Notes: a model not told the origin generated them from the letters alone. A stretch of 15,991 nt of DNA from Candidatus Heimdallarchaeota archaeon (GCA_030668825.1 DAOVET010000055.1:1-15991); one strand, 5' to 3'; shown: positions 8,134 to 15,991, counted from the stretch's first letter. Numbers and translations: made by a program.

Positions 8134-8727
8134 TTATTTCTTTGCTTTAATGAAGAACCAATATTTGTTCACTTTTATTTCTTCTATAATAAAACCTGCT
8201 TCTTCAAGGTACTCTATGTAAGTTTCTTCTTCCTGATATGTTATTTCTGTTCCATACCCGGTGTTGAATTTTTCTTTAACTGGTAAAGATATTGTCAATA
8301 CAATAATAAACCTCTCTTTATCTGTATCAATTTTTGCATCCCAGATCCAAAATTCTCCCCCAGGAGATATAACTCTATAAATCTCTTTGATTGCTTTCTT
8401 TTTATCTTCATTAGACATGTACATACCACAGAAAAAAGAAGTCGCATTGTCAAATTCTCCATTTTCAAATGGTAGATTTAACGCATCTGCAACCATCCAA
8501 TTTGCCTCAGGAGCCTTATCTTTTGCTTCATCGATTTCAGTTTGAAGTTTATCTATTGCAGTTATTCTTTCTCTGCCGATTTGGGCTATAACACCTTCTC
8601 CTCCCCCTCCAATATCGATAATTGAACCAGAAGGAATTTCAGTAATGGTTATTTCTTGAAAAGGAGTAACTTTGGTTGTGTTTGGATCTACTCCTGGGAT
8701 TTCAGGAATATTTTCTGTTTCAGCCAT
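8134..8727 (-). CDS. Class I SAM-dependent methyltransferase
   Basis: Motifs IIDIGGGGEG, TAID, ADALNLPFENGEFD and EIYRVISPGGEF. Confidence 0.88.
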   Translation of the reverse strand: MAETENIPEIPGVDPNTTKVTPFQEITITEIPSGSIIDIGGGGEGVIAQIGRERITAIDKLQTEIDEAKDKAPEANWMVADALNLPFENGEFDNATSFFCGMYMSNEDKKKAIKEIYRVISPGGEFWIWDAKIDTDKERFIIVLTISLPVKEKFNTGYGTEITYQEEETYIEYLEEAGFIIEEIKVNKYWFFIKAKK

Positions 8728-8750
8728 AATTTATGATGATTAGAAGATAC

Positions 8751-8760
8751 TTATAAATTT
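8751..8760 (-). promoter_or_regulatory. Archaeal TATA box of a probably leaderless methyltransferase mRNA
   Basis: GAAATTTATAA on the minus strand; the TATA ends 23 nt upstream of the ATG at 8727. Confidence 0.55.
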
Positions 8761-8902
8761 CGCTTCTAAGGGCGTGAAATTATCTATTTTCATTATTTTG
8801 CAAAGAGGGGCTCATTCTAATAAGGGTATCATTACAAGAACTTCCCACCTTCTCGGCAGTGGAAATGACCTATTTTTCTAGTGGAGAAAAATTAGCTAAA
8901 AA

Positions 8903-9565
8903 TTACTTTATTCCAACTCCTCGTATTCCTCGATGAGCTATCCAAGCTACTACTTCCTTTCTAATTTCATTAATCCCTTCAAGTGTTACACAGGAGGAAT
9001 TTATAGCTTTGATGTGATTAACATCAATTGGAAGATTGTGGTCTGCTATATATTCATAAATTGTTGAGATTATTTGATCTATATCCCTTTGCTTTGGTTT
9101 TTCAAGATCTACTTTATTTGGAACAAGTAAAATTAAAGTGTCTTCATAAATCCATTCTTTTACAATTGCAAATCGCAACCATATCTCTAATGACTCAAGT
9201 GTGCTAAACCGAGATACATCATAAATTAATAATAACGCAGATACTCTCAACAAAGCTGGGAAACAATCAAAAACAGATAGAATTTCATTAAAAGTTGTAC
9301 TTCGAGAAGAAGCTTTTTGCCTTTGACCTGGAAATACGTAGAATTGCAAAGTTGTTGTGACTGGTAAGTTATCTACTTCTACGACCTCACTACTAAATTC
9401 TATTTCAATATTGTAGGATTTTTTAGTTTTTAAAAGTATGTCATTTAGTTCTTCATCAGAGACTTCGGGGTTAATAATTAAGCGTGATAATACTGACTTT
9501 CCTGTGAACCCATCTCCTAGAGGAATAACTGAGCCAGTAGCATAGTGCTTAATTTCATCCGCCAT
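8903..9565 (-). CDS. Ras/Rab-superfamily small GTPase-like protein with degenerate G2/G3/G5
   Basis: G1 GDGFTGKS, G3-like YVFPGQ, Rab-like LLIYDVSRFSTLESLEIWL, G4 NKVD, G5-like NSSCVTLEGINE. The ATG at 9565 is preferred because AGGTTGA lies upstream; the ORF track starts at TTG 9574. Confidence 0.8.
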   Translation of the reverse strand: MADEIKHYATGSVIPLGDGFTGKSVLSRLIINPEVSDEELNDILLKTKKSYNIEIEFSSEVVEVDNLPVTTTLQFYVFPGQRQKASSRSTTFNEILSVFDCFPALLRVSALLLIYDVSRFSTLESLEIWLRFAIVKEWIYEDTLILLVPNKVDLEKPKQRDIDQIISTIYEYIADHNLPIDVNHIKAINSSCVTLEGINEIRKEVVAWIAHRGIRGVGIK

Positions 9566-9891
9566 GTTTTTCAACCTATATTGAATGATTTACAAAGTTC
9601 CCCAAAGGTATATTTCATTTGAAAGGTTAAAATTCTTTTCAAAGCAGCAACCATTATTTAGTTCCTATTACTTGGATTCCAGTTTCTTTCTAAAAGAGGA
9701 ATATAATACTTATGCAAAGTACCAATTTATATAAAAGTACAATTAGTCTTATATTCAGTTTTTTGGATAAAATTATGCGAACTGATAATTCTTCAGATTT
9801 GAAATATACTTTTCTTTCTTCATATTCATTCAGAAACTTTTAAAGAAACAAGAAGACATTACTTCGTTGACTATTATTAAGTGTGATAGAC

Positions 9892-11136
9892 ATGTACGAA
9901 CAATTCAGAGAAATAGGTCCACATTTTGAGTTATCCGAAACTCATAAAATGGTAAAACAGAGTGTGAGAGAGTTTGCAGAAGCAGAAATTGCTCCTAATA
10001 TAAAGGAATGGGATCAAGCACATACTTTTCACAGACCCATCTTAAAAAAGATGGCTGAACAAGGTCTTCTTGGCATTAGTATACCCGTTAAATATGGCGG
10101 TGGTGGTCTTGATTATATTGCTTTGGCTATAGCTTGTGAAGAATTAGAACGAATTGATACCTCATTTAGAGTGATTTTATCAGTTCACAATGGATTAGTC
10201 TGTTCAACAATATGGCAATGGGGTAATATGGAACAAAAGAAACAATACCTACCAATCTTAACATCAGGAGAGAAGATGAGCACATATGGTTTAACTGAAC
10301 CTGCTGCTGGAAGTGATCCCGCAGGATTGAAAGCTACTTGTCGTCTTGAAGGTGATGAGTGGATTGTTAATGGAGAAAAAATGTGGATAAGCTACACAGA
10401 ATCTTCTGATATTTTCCTTGTCTTTGCTTATGAAATAGATGTTCGGCATAAAGGTATGAGAGCTTTCATAGTTGAACGTGATTTTGGTGGAGTAACTTCA
10501 GGGAATCTACATCATAAAATGGGTGTAAAAGCTGGTGAGACAGGATGGGTTAATTTTGAAAATACTCCTGTTCCAAAAGAAAACTTGCTTGGTTTGCCTG
10601 ATGAAGGTTTCAAGGTTGCCATGGCTGCACTTGATTGGGGGCGATATACTGTTGCTGGTGGTGCAGTTGGTGGTGCAAAAGCCTCGCTGGAAGCAGCTGT
10701 AAAATATGCTAACGAACGTGAAACTTTCGGTAAAAAAATCGGTCATCACCAATTCATTCAAGGTATGATAGCTGAAAGTGTTTCCGACATTGAAGCTGCT
10801 GAGTTATTTACTTGGAAAGCTGGTTGGACAAAGAACTTAGGAAAGGTAAATACTAGAGAAACTTCTCTTGCTAAGTGGTATGCAACAAATGCAGCTGTTA
10901 GGTGTGCTGATAGAGCTATTCAAATTCATGGAGCATATGGTTTTTCAGATGACTATCCTGTTGCACGTTATTACAGAAATGTTCGTGGAGCAACTATATA
11001 TGAGGGAACCAATGAAATCCAGAAAATTATTCAGGCTAGATATGAACTTGGATATTATGAGGATAAACCTCTTAGATGTATGCCTCCGAAATATGATCCA
11101 GATGAATGGGCAAAAGAAGACACAGATAAATTCTAA
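9892..11136 (+). CDS. Acyl-CoA dehydrogenase family flavoprotein
   Basis: Motifs YGLTEPAAGSD, NGEKMWIS, GFKVAMAALDWGR, RETFGKKI, QIHGAYG and IYEGTNEIQ (catalytic Glu). The ATG at 9892 follows an SD-like GTGA; the alternative is GTG at 9883. Substrate cannot be determined from sequence. Confidence 0.95.
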   Translation: MYEQFREIGPHFELSETHKMVKQSVREFAEAEIAPNIKEWDQAHTFHRPILKKMAEQGLLGISIPVKYGGGGLDYIALAIACEELERIDTSFRVILSVHNGLVCSTIWQWGNMEQKKQYLPILTSGEKMSTYGLTEPAAGSDPAGLKATCRLEGDEWIVNGEKMWISYTESSDIFLVFAYEIDVRHKGMRAFIVERDFGGVTSGNLHHKMGVKAGETGWVNFENTPVPKENLLGLPDEGFKVAMAALDWGRYTVAGGAVGGAKASLEAAVKYANERETFGKKIGHHQFIQGMIAESVSDIEAAELFTWKAGWTKNLGKVNTRETSLAKWYATNAAVRCADRAIQIHGAYGFSDDYPVARYYRNVRGATIYEGTNEIQKIIQARYELGYYEDKPLRCMPPKYDPDEWAKEDTDKF

Positions 11137-11162
11137 TTTCTCATTCTCTCTTTCTATTTTTT
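11137..11162 (+). terminator. Candidate archaeal U-rich terminator
   Basis: TTTCTCATTCTCTCTTTCTATTTTTT directly after the acyl-CoA dehydrogenase stop. Confidence 0.45.
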
Positions 11163-11172
11163 GTGGTCTTTC

Positions 11173-11187
11173 AAAAAGATATTAAAT
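11173..11187 (+). promoter_or_regulatory. BRE/TATA promoter of the YciI gene
   Basis: AAAAAGATATTAAAT ends 23 nt upstream of the ATG at 11211. Confidence 0.5.
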
Positions 11188-11210
11188 CTGGTTTTGAAAT
11201 ATTAAATCAT

Positions 11211-11861
11211 ATGACAGAGGAAAATGAGTTTATTTTTCTTTATGATTTATCAAATAAAAAATTAAAGGAATCCTTTTACGATTATAGTGATATTATCATC
11301 AAACATTGGAATTTTCTAAAGGACTTGAAGAAAGAAAAGAAATTAGTTTTTGCAGGTACTTCCCTTGATAATTTCTACGAGTTTGTTGTAATTCACAATA
11401 TGAGTGAAGAGGAAGCTAAAGGAATCATCAAGAATGATCCATATGTTTACAATCAGTTACTCAAAGTTTCTCTTTACAAATTCAAAGCTTCACTTGTTAC
11501 TGAAGAAGAAGTTCCAGAAGTACTGGAAGAGGAATTTCTTGATATTGAATCAATATATGATGATGAAACTAAAATCTATATGGGAACAATAACTGGACGA
11601 TCAACATTCATTAATGATATGACTGAAGAAGAGGGCAAAATAATGGAAATTCATTTTGAACATTTGAAAAGTAAGTTTGATGAAAAACAAATTCTGCTTG
11701 CAGGTCCAATTCTAGCTGAAGGCCAATTTGGTTTAACAGTATTCACTGCAAATAGTCAAAAGGAAGCAGAAAATTTCGTAAGAAATGATCCTGTTGTGGA
11801 CGCTGAAATAATGAAACCTGGAGTTCATCCATTTCGAATTTTCCTTTTAGGAGAAAAATAG
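11211..11861 (+). CDS. Tandem two-domain YciI-family protein
   Basis: Two homologous halves: H...L......LVFAG...EEEAKGIIKNDPYV and H..HL......LLAGP...EAENFVRNDPVV. The ATG at 11211 has TATTAAAT 23 nt upstream; the GTG at 11163 sits at the end of the upstream terminator. Confidence 0.8.
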   Translation: MTEENEFIFLYDLSNKKLKESFYDYSDIIIKHWNFLKDLKKEKKLVFAGTSLDNFYEFVVIHNMSEEEAKGIIKNDPYVYNQLLKVSLYKFKASLVTEEEVPEVLEEEFLDIESIYDDETKIYMGTITGRSTFINDMTEEEGKIMEIHFEHLKSKFDEKQILLAGPILAEGQFGLTVFTANSQKEAENFVRNDPVVDAEIMKPGVHPFRIFLLGEK

Positions 11862-11865
11862 CCGT

Positions 11866-12276
11866 TTAAGAGAATTTTCTTCCAATCTCTTTTATTACAT
11901 CTTTCATAATCTCGTTGACTTCATCTGCAAGTTCATTCAGCTTATCTACCTTAACTACACTCATAGCTTCCTTCGGATTCATTGCAGAAACAACTATTCT
12001 TCCATTCTCGTTTTCATATATTATAACATTGCAGGGAAGTAGAGCACCAATTTCAGGTACTAGAACTATTGCTTTATGAGCAAAAGGGGGATTACATGCT
12101 CCTAAGATCTTATATGGGCGAATATCCGCATCAATTTTTTTCTTTAAAGTTTCTTGAGCATCAATTTCTGTTAAAATTCCAAACCCATGTTCAGCTAAAA
12201 TGTCTCTAGTAGCTTTTTCTACTTCACTGAATTTATCATAACCAACGTTTAATTCTGTGGAAATAACAAGAGCCAT
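11866..12276 (-). CDS. DUF302 domain protein
   Basis: GFGILTEID...LKKKI...PYKILGACNP..A......IGALLPCNVIIYE is characteristic of DUF302. Confidence 0.9.
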   Translation of the reverse strand: MALVISTELNVGYDKFSEVEKATRDILAEHGFGILTEIDAQETLKKKIDADIRPYKILGACNPPFAHKAIVLVPEIGALLPCNVIIYENENGRIVVSAMNPKEAMSVVKVDKLNELADEVNEIMKDVIKEIGRKFS

Positions 12277-12334
12277 AATTATCCATTATATCTGAACCAA
12301 ATAAGTTTTTACATTTGTTAGATTTTAGTTTAAA

Positions 12335-13201
12335 CTAAACCAGTACTTCAGGAATGTTATTTTTAATATAATCCATTGACTGAATAGCTTCCTGTAAATT
12401 AAGTTCATATACTAATGGTCCAGCAAAGTTCTTTTCAAGAAGTTTTAGCAGTAATTCTCTTACAGGAAGATCATATTCCCCAAGAGGTTTATGATCAATT
12501 CTGGGGAACTTTCCATCGTGTAAATGAAGTTCAATTATTCTATCATAATATTTGTCTATGAATTCCATAACGGAAATTTGACCTGAAAATCCAGCTAATA
12601 AATGACCTGTATCAAAACAGATACTCAAATCCATCTGTTGAATGATTGGATACATGAGGTCAAATGGATATTCTATGTTTTCCACCGCAAGTTTTCTTGA
12701 TGGAACATTTGTCCGTTCTAAAGTTTCCTTTATGGTATTTGCAGCATAAGAAGTGAATTGTTGCATCATAATTCCTTGTGCAAATTGTGGAAGACTCATG
12801 TTCATGAATTCAACTGTTAAAGCTCCTGTAGGATGTAAAACCCAGCAAAGAGGATCCAAGGCCTTTGTTATTTCAATAACATCTACAAAACTATCAACTG
12901 ATGCCCTTCTAATATGTGGAGAAAATGCTGCAGGTTCTATTGCCCACAAGGGTAAATGAACAGAATAGGAAATGTTTTTCTCTTGTTTTAGCTCTACTAA
13001 CCGAGAAACTGTTTCAAGGGATAAGATTCCTGGTAGAACATAAATAAGATCTCCAGTTATCTCAATATGCTTGAAACCAGAGTCAATATTTTTTTCCACA
13101 ATCTGAACATAGTTAAGTTTAGACATATCAAATTGTCCATCTTGAAATAAAGAGAAGAAGTCAGAAAATTCAAAAGGTCTATTCCCAAATAAAAGAGCCA
13201 T
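12335..13201 (-). CDS. Xylose-isomerase-like/AP endonuclease 2 TIM-barrel metalloenzyme, possibly the cobamide-remodelling phosphodiesterase CbiR
   Basis: Motifs SVHLP, VLHP, AVENIE, CFDTGH, ELHLHD, DH and VYE. The ATG at 13201 is preceded by AGGTGA. Confidence 0.75.
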   Translation of the reverse strand: MALLFGNRPFEFSDFFSLFQDGQFDMSKLNYVQIVEKNIDSGFKHIEITGDLIYVLPGILSLETVSRLVELKQEKNISYSVHLPLWAIEPAAFSPHIRRASVDSFVDVIEITKALDPLCWVLHPTGALTVEFMNMSLPQFAQGIMMQQFTSYAANTIKETLERTNVPSRKLAVENIEYPFDLMYPIIQQMDLSICFDTGHLLAGFSGQISVMEFIDKYYDRIIELHLHDGKFPRIDHKPLGEYDLPVRELLLKLLEKNFAGPLVYELNLQEAIQSMDYIKNNIPEVLV

Positions 13202-13274
13202 TCTATTCACCTATCAATGAATCTTTAGATTAAGATAATTATAAAAGAGTTTTGAGAAAAAAAGGAGAGATTTA

Positions 13275-14276
13275 TTATCTCATTTTATCCTTATAATAGT
13301 AATTTGGTTTATATGTTAATGGCCATTCAGGCTCATTATCCAAGATTTCCTCTATTTGTATGAGAATATCTTTAGATAGTTCAACATCCGAAGCTTTGAC
13401 ATTTTCAATTACATGTTCTGGTTTAGTAGCGCCAATTATAGCAGAAGAGATTTCTGGTCTTCTTAGTATCCAAGCAAGAGCTAATTGTCCAAGGGGTATA
13501 TCAAGCGATGAAGCAATTTCACCGAGTTTTTTAACTTTTTCAATTGTCTCTTCAGTAAGATTTTTCTTCAGAAATTCTGATTTATCAGCTCTGCTACCTT
13601 CTGGAATACCATCATTATATTTCCCAGTTAAAAGACCTTGAGCAAGAGGAGACCAAACTGTGAATCCCATTCCATGAGTTTTAGCTACAGACATGATTTC
13701 CATTTCTATATGTCTTACCAACATGTTGTATAGTGGCTGTTCAACAACAGGTTTATGTGCTCTAATATCTTTAGCAATTGCGTTTGCTCTTTCCAATTGT
13801 GCAGCTGTCCATACTGAAGTTCCCCAGTATCTAACTTTACCATCTCTTATCAGGTCATCTAGAATTTCTACAGTTTCTCTTAGAGGTGTCATATAATCAT
13901 ATCTGTGCATGAAGTAGATGTCAATGTAATCCATATTCAATCTTTCAAGAGTACCTTCAATTGCATTCAAGATATTCTTACGACTTAACCCCCAATCATT
14001 AACATCATAATCATTCATTGCCCAGAAGACTTTACTAGAAATGACTAGATCGCTTCTATTGAAAGTTTCTTCAGCGAGGAAATCAGCTATTACCATTTCT
14101 GCTCCTCCCTTTGCATAAATTTCAGCTGAATCTATAAAATTGATACCATTTTCAATTGCAGCAGTCATACATTTTTTTGCTATTTCATCTTCTACTGATC
14201 CACCATATGTTAACCATGAACCTAAGGAAATTTCACTGACTTTTAATCCTGATTTTCCAACTTTTCTGTATTTCAT
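13275..14276 (-). CDS. Aldo/keto reductase (Kv-beta/AKR6-like group)
   Basis: MKYRKVGKSGLKVSEISLGSWLTYG, GINFIDSAEIY, SSKVFW, GLSRK, YIDIYFMHRYD, WSPLAQGLLTGKY and SAIIGAT. The likely start is the ATG at 14276 (SD-like GTGA), not 14348. Confidence 0.93.
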   Translation of the reverse strand: MKYRKVGKSGLKVSEISLGSWLTYGGSVEDEIAKKCMTAAIENGINFIDSAEIYAKGGAEMVIADFLAEETFNRSDLVISSKVFWAMNDYDVNDWGLSRKNILNAIEGTLERLNMDYIDIYFMHRYDYMTPLRETVEILDDLIRDGKVRYWGTSVWTAAQLERANAIAKDIRAHKPVVEQPLYNMLVRHIEMEIMSVAKTHGMGFTVWSPLAQGLLTGKYNDGIPEGSRADKSEFLKKNLTEETIEKVKKLGEIASSLDIPLGQLALAWILRRPEISSAIIGATKPEHVIENVKASDVELSKDILIQIEEILDNEPEWPLTYKPNYYYKDKMR

Positions 14277-14416
14277 AAAATCACTTGCTTTAAAACTTAA
14301 CCTAATACAACAAAAATATTCTAAAATAAAAAGTATGTGGATTTTCAAAAAAACAGCATTAAACCACCCTTTTTGGGATCTATAAGGTTAATTCCCCAAC
14401 TCATAGGTTCTGTTGG

Positions 14417-15991
14417 TTAGATAAATGTTATCTCCCTGAAGAAATTAAGTTCCTCTGATGACATCCTATTTGGGTACTTGAATTTCTTAATGTAGGTGTG
14501 AAATCTCTTATTCATAATATCATTTTTTATCAAGTGCTCTGTTTTATTTTCTGGAAAAACCACAGATACTAGATAGTATTGCTTACCTTCAAATCGTGGA
14601 TCTGATTGCAGATCATCTTTGCCCCAAAATGTAAAAATTATCGTGCTGTGGCTAATGATTGAAGGTGCTGGAAGCGGTCCATAAACACCAGTTTCATATC
14701 TTTGACCTTGACCAACTGTAACATAGCAGAAACCTATGAATTCATCCAAGTTTACGTCAAGAGATTCCAAATCTGCTTTAACAACTTCTCCTCCTTCCAT
14801 TCCAAATCGAAATAATCCGACACCAACTTCTTTGCTGTAAGCAATTTTTCTTTTGAAATCGATATAGTCTGATGTTTCCTTTGTGTATCGAATGATCCTA
14901 AGTTTCCGTTTTTTACTGAAAAATGAAATAATATAGATTAGAACCCCTAAACCAACTAATGGAAGTATAATGACTATTATATAAAAATACCAATTTTGTT
15001 TTTCTATTTCAACTCGTGGTATTTTTACAGGTTCTTCTAGAGGGTACAAATCAAATTCTCCCCAGAACCCCTCAATAGCATAATCACCAGATCCCCACCA
15101 CTCATTCCAAAAATTGCCTTCTTCTATTTCCTCCTCATACCAGAAATTATTGTTTCCATTTTTTGAGTATGCTTGGCTTAATCCCCCAAGATTATTTTGA
15201 ACAAAATTATTGTGATGAATCAAATTACTTGAAGAATAATTCAACAGTATACCATATCCAGTGTTAAATTCTATAAAATTGTAGGTTATCTTACCTTCAA
15301 TTGAGTTCAATAAGTAGATTCCTTTATCTCTATTGCTTGAGATACTGTTATTGTAGATTTCAAAATAATGTGATTCATCCAAGTAGAATCCTATCGTGTT
15401 GTTTATTACTTTATTTTCTTTGAGATGAACAACTTCTGAATCCTTAAAGTGGAAAGCTGGACCTAAATTTCCATAAAGTTTATTTCTTTGAATGTCACCT
15501 GTATTAATCTCCCAAAGATAAATTCCTGATTTTTTGTTATCAAAACAATAATTCTGTTCCAAGATTGGATTACGGCTAAAATACACCTCTATTCCAACTT
15601 GGTTTTGTTCACAAAGATTATTGGAGATAGTAATATCATCACTAAATCGGATAGAAACACCATTTTCTTTATTTAGAGAAAGTATATTATTCGAAATAGT
15701 TACATCATCTGAGTCTATACAATTTATCCCGTTTAAACCATTAGAAGTAAGAGAATTATTATCTATTAACGTTCCCGGCGCATCCCAAAGGTCTATACCA
15801 TAGGTGTCATGTTCAATACAAGTATTATTTCTTATTTCTGCTGTACCATAAGAAATCCATGATATCCATATCCCTACTTGTTTAACTTTAATGAAGCAGT
15901 TCTGAATAACAAAATACTTAGTTGTATCACTGATGTTTATTCCGAAATTTTGAATTTCAGATGATATATTGTAGTTCTCTAATCTATAGGG
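14417..15991 (-). CDS. Right-handed parallel beta-helix (NosD/CASH-like) single-pass membrane protein with a cytoplasmic domain of about 165 aa, 5'-truncated by the window edge
   Basis: The frame is open from 15991 (PYRLENYNISSEIQNFGINISDTTKYFVIQNCFI...) with no stop, so the GTG at 15586 is internal. Many I.NN....N..GI repeats, NLIHHNNF, GNFWNEW and DLYPL. TM helix at 14918-14992, followed by KKRKLR. Confidence 0.85.
   Translation of the reverse strand, partial: PYRLENYNISSEIQNFGINISDTTKYFVIQNCFIKVKQVGIWISWISYGTAEIRNNTCIEHDTYGIDLWDAPGTLIDNNSLTSNGLNGINCIDSDDVTISNNILSLNKENGVSIRFSDDITISNNLCEQNQVGIEVYFSRNPILEQNYCFDNKKSGIYLWEINTGDIQRNKLYGNLGPAFHFKDSEVVHLKENKVINNTIGFYLDESHYFEIYNNSISSNRDKGIYLLNSIEGKITYNFIEFNTGYGILLNYSSSNLIHHNNFVQNNLGGLSQAYSKNGNNNFWYEEEIEEGNFWNEWWGSGDYAIEGFWGEFDLYPLEEPVKIPRVEIEKQNWYFYIIVIILPLVGLGVLIYIISFFSKKRKLRIIRYTKETSDYIDFKRKIAYSKEVGVGLFRFGMEGGEVVKADLESLDVNLDEFIGFCYVTVGQGQRYETGVYGPLPAPSIISHSTIIFTFWGKDDLQSDPRFEGKQYYLVSVVFPENKTEHLIKNDIMNKRFHTYIKKFKYPNRMSSEELNFFREITFI

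Noticed and set aside
6028-8727. Nuclease next to two methyltransferases as a restriction-modification or defence system
   Set aside because: Xth is a housekeeping repair enzyme transcribed convergently, and the methyltransferases lack DPPY/NPPY or PCQ DNA-methyltransferase motifs.
8733-8790. ATGATGA resembling a box C motif of a C/D sRNA
   Set aside because: No CTGA box D at a suitable distance, and it overlaps the minus-strand promoter.
9585-9843. Two short plus-strand ORFs (about 49 and 43 aa) in the divergent intergenic region
   Set aside because: No RBS, Phe/Ser/Tyr-rich composition typical of AT-rich non-coding DNA, and overlap with promoter-like motifs.
10507-11592. ORFs 10507-10761(-), 10868-11185(+) and 11404-11592(+)
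   Set aside because: Antisense or alternate-frame overlaps of the acyl-CoA dehydrogenase and YciI genes, which are intact. No sign of frameshifting.
12753-14385. Plus-strand ORFs at 12753, 13360, 13693 and 14140
   Set aside because: Antisense shadows of the TIM-barrel and aldo/keto reductase genes.
15621-15803. 60-aa plus-strand ORF
   Set aside because: Lies antisense within the beta-helix gene, whose frame continues to the window edge.
1-15991. CRISPR arrays, transposases, integrases, and selenocysteine or pyrrolysine readthrough
   Set aside because: No regularly spaced DNA repeats or mobile-element motifs were seen, and no gene appears interrupted by an in-frame stop. The repeats present are at protein level only.

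Overview
AT-rich archaeal chromosomal DNA. Archaeal TATA boxes, GGTGA-type ribosome-binding sites, a Rab-like GTPase and the style of the NosD and FG-GAP surface proteins suggest an Asgard archaeon, probably Heimdallarchaeia; this is inference, not a database result. The window holds 18 likely genes. In order: a 5'-truncated multi-[4Fe-4S] protein, an FG-GAP/PQQ-repeat membrane-anchored surface protein, a MoaD/SAMP-type ubiquitin-like protein ending GG-N, two tandem paralogous small CxxC...CxxH proteins, a HEAT-repeat protein, an MFS transporter, a 40-aa ORF absent from the ORF track, exonuclease III, two SAM methyltransferases (one with a Cys-rich N-terminal domain), a degenerate Rab-like GTPase, an acyl-CoA dehydrogenase, a tandem YciI protein, DUF302, a CbiR-like TIM-barrel metalloenzyme, an aldo/keto reductase, and a 5'-truncated beta-helix single-pass protein with an unusual cytoplasmic domain. 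I found no CRISPR array, mobile element, rRNA or complete tRNA. The best leads are the receptor-like beta-helix protein with a possible longin/uDENN tail, the GTPase lacking the G3 Asp, the small ORF, and the capped ubiquitin-like protein with its Zn-finger and HEAT neighbours.
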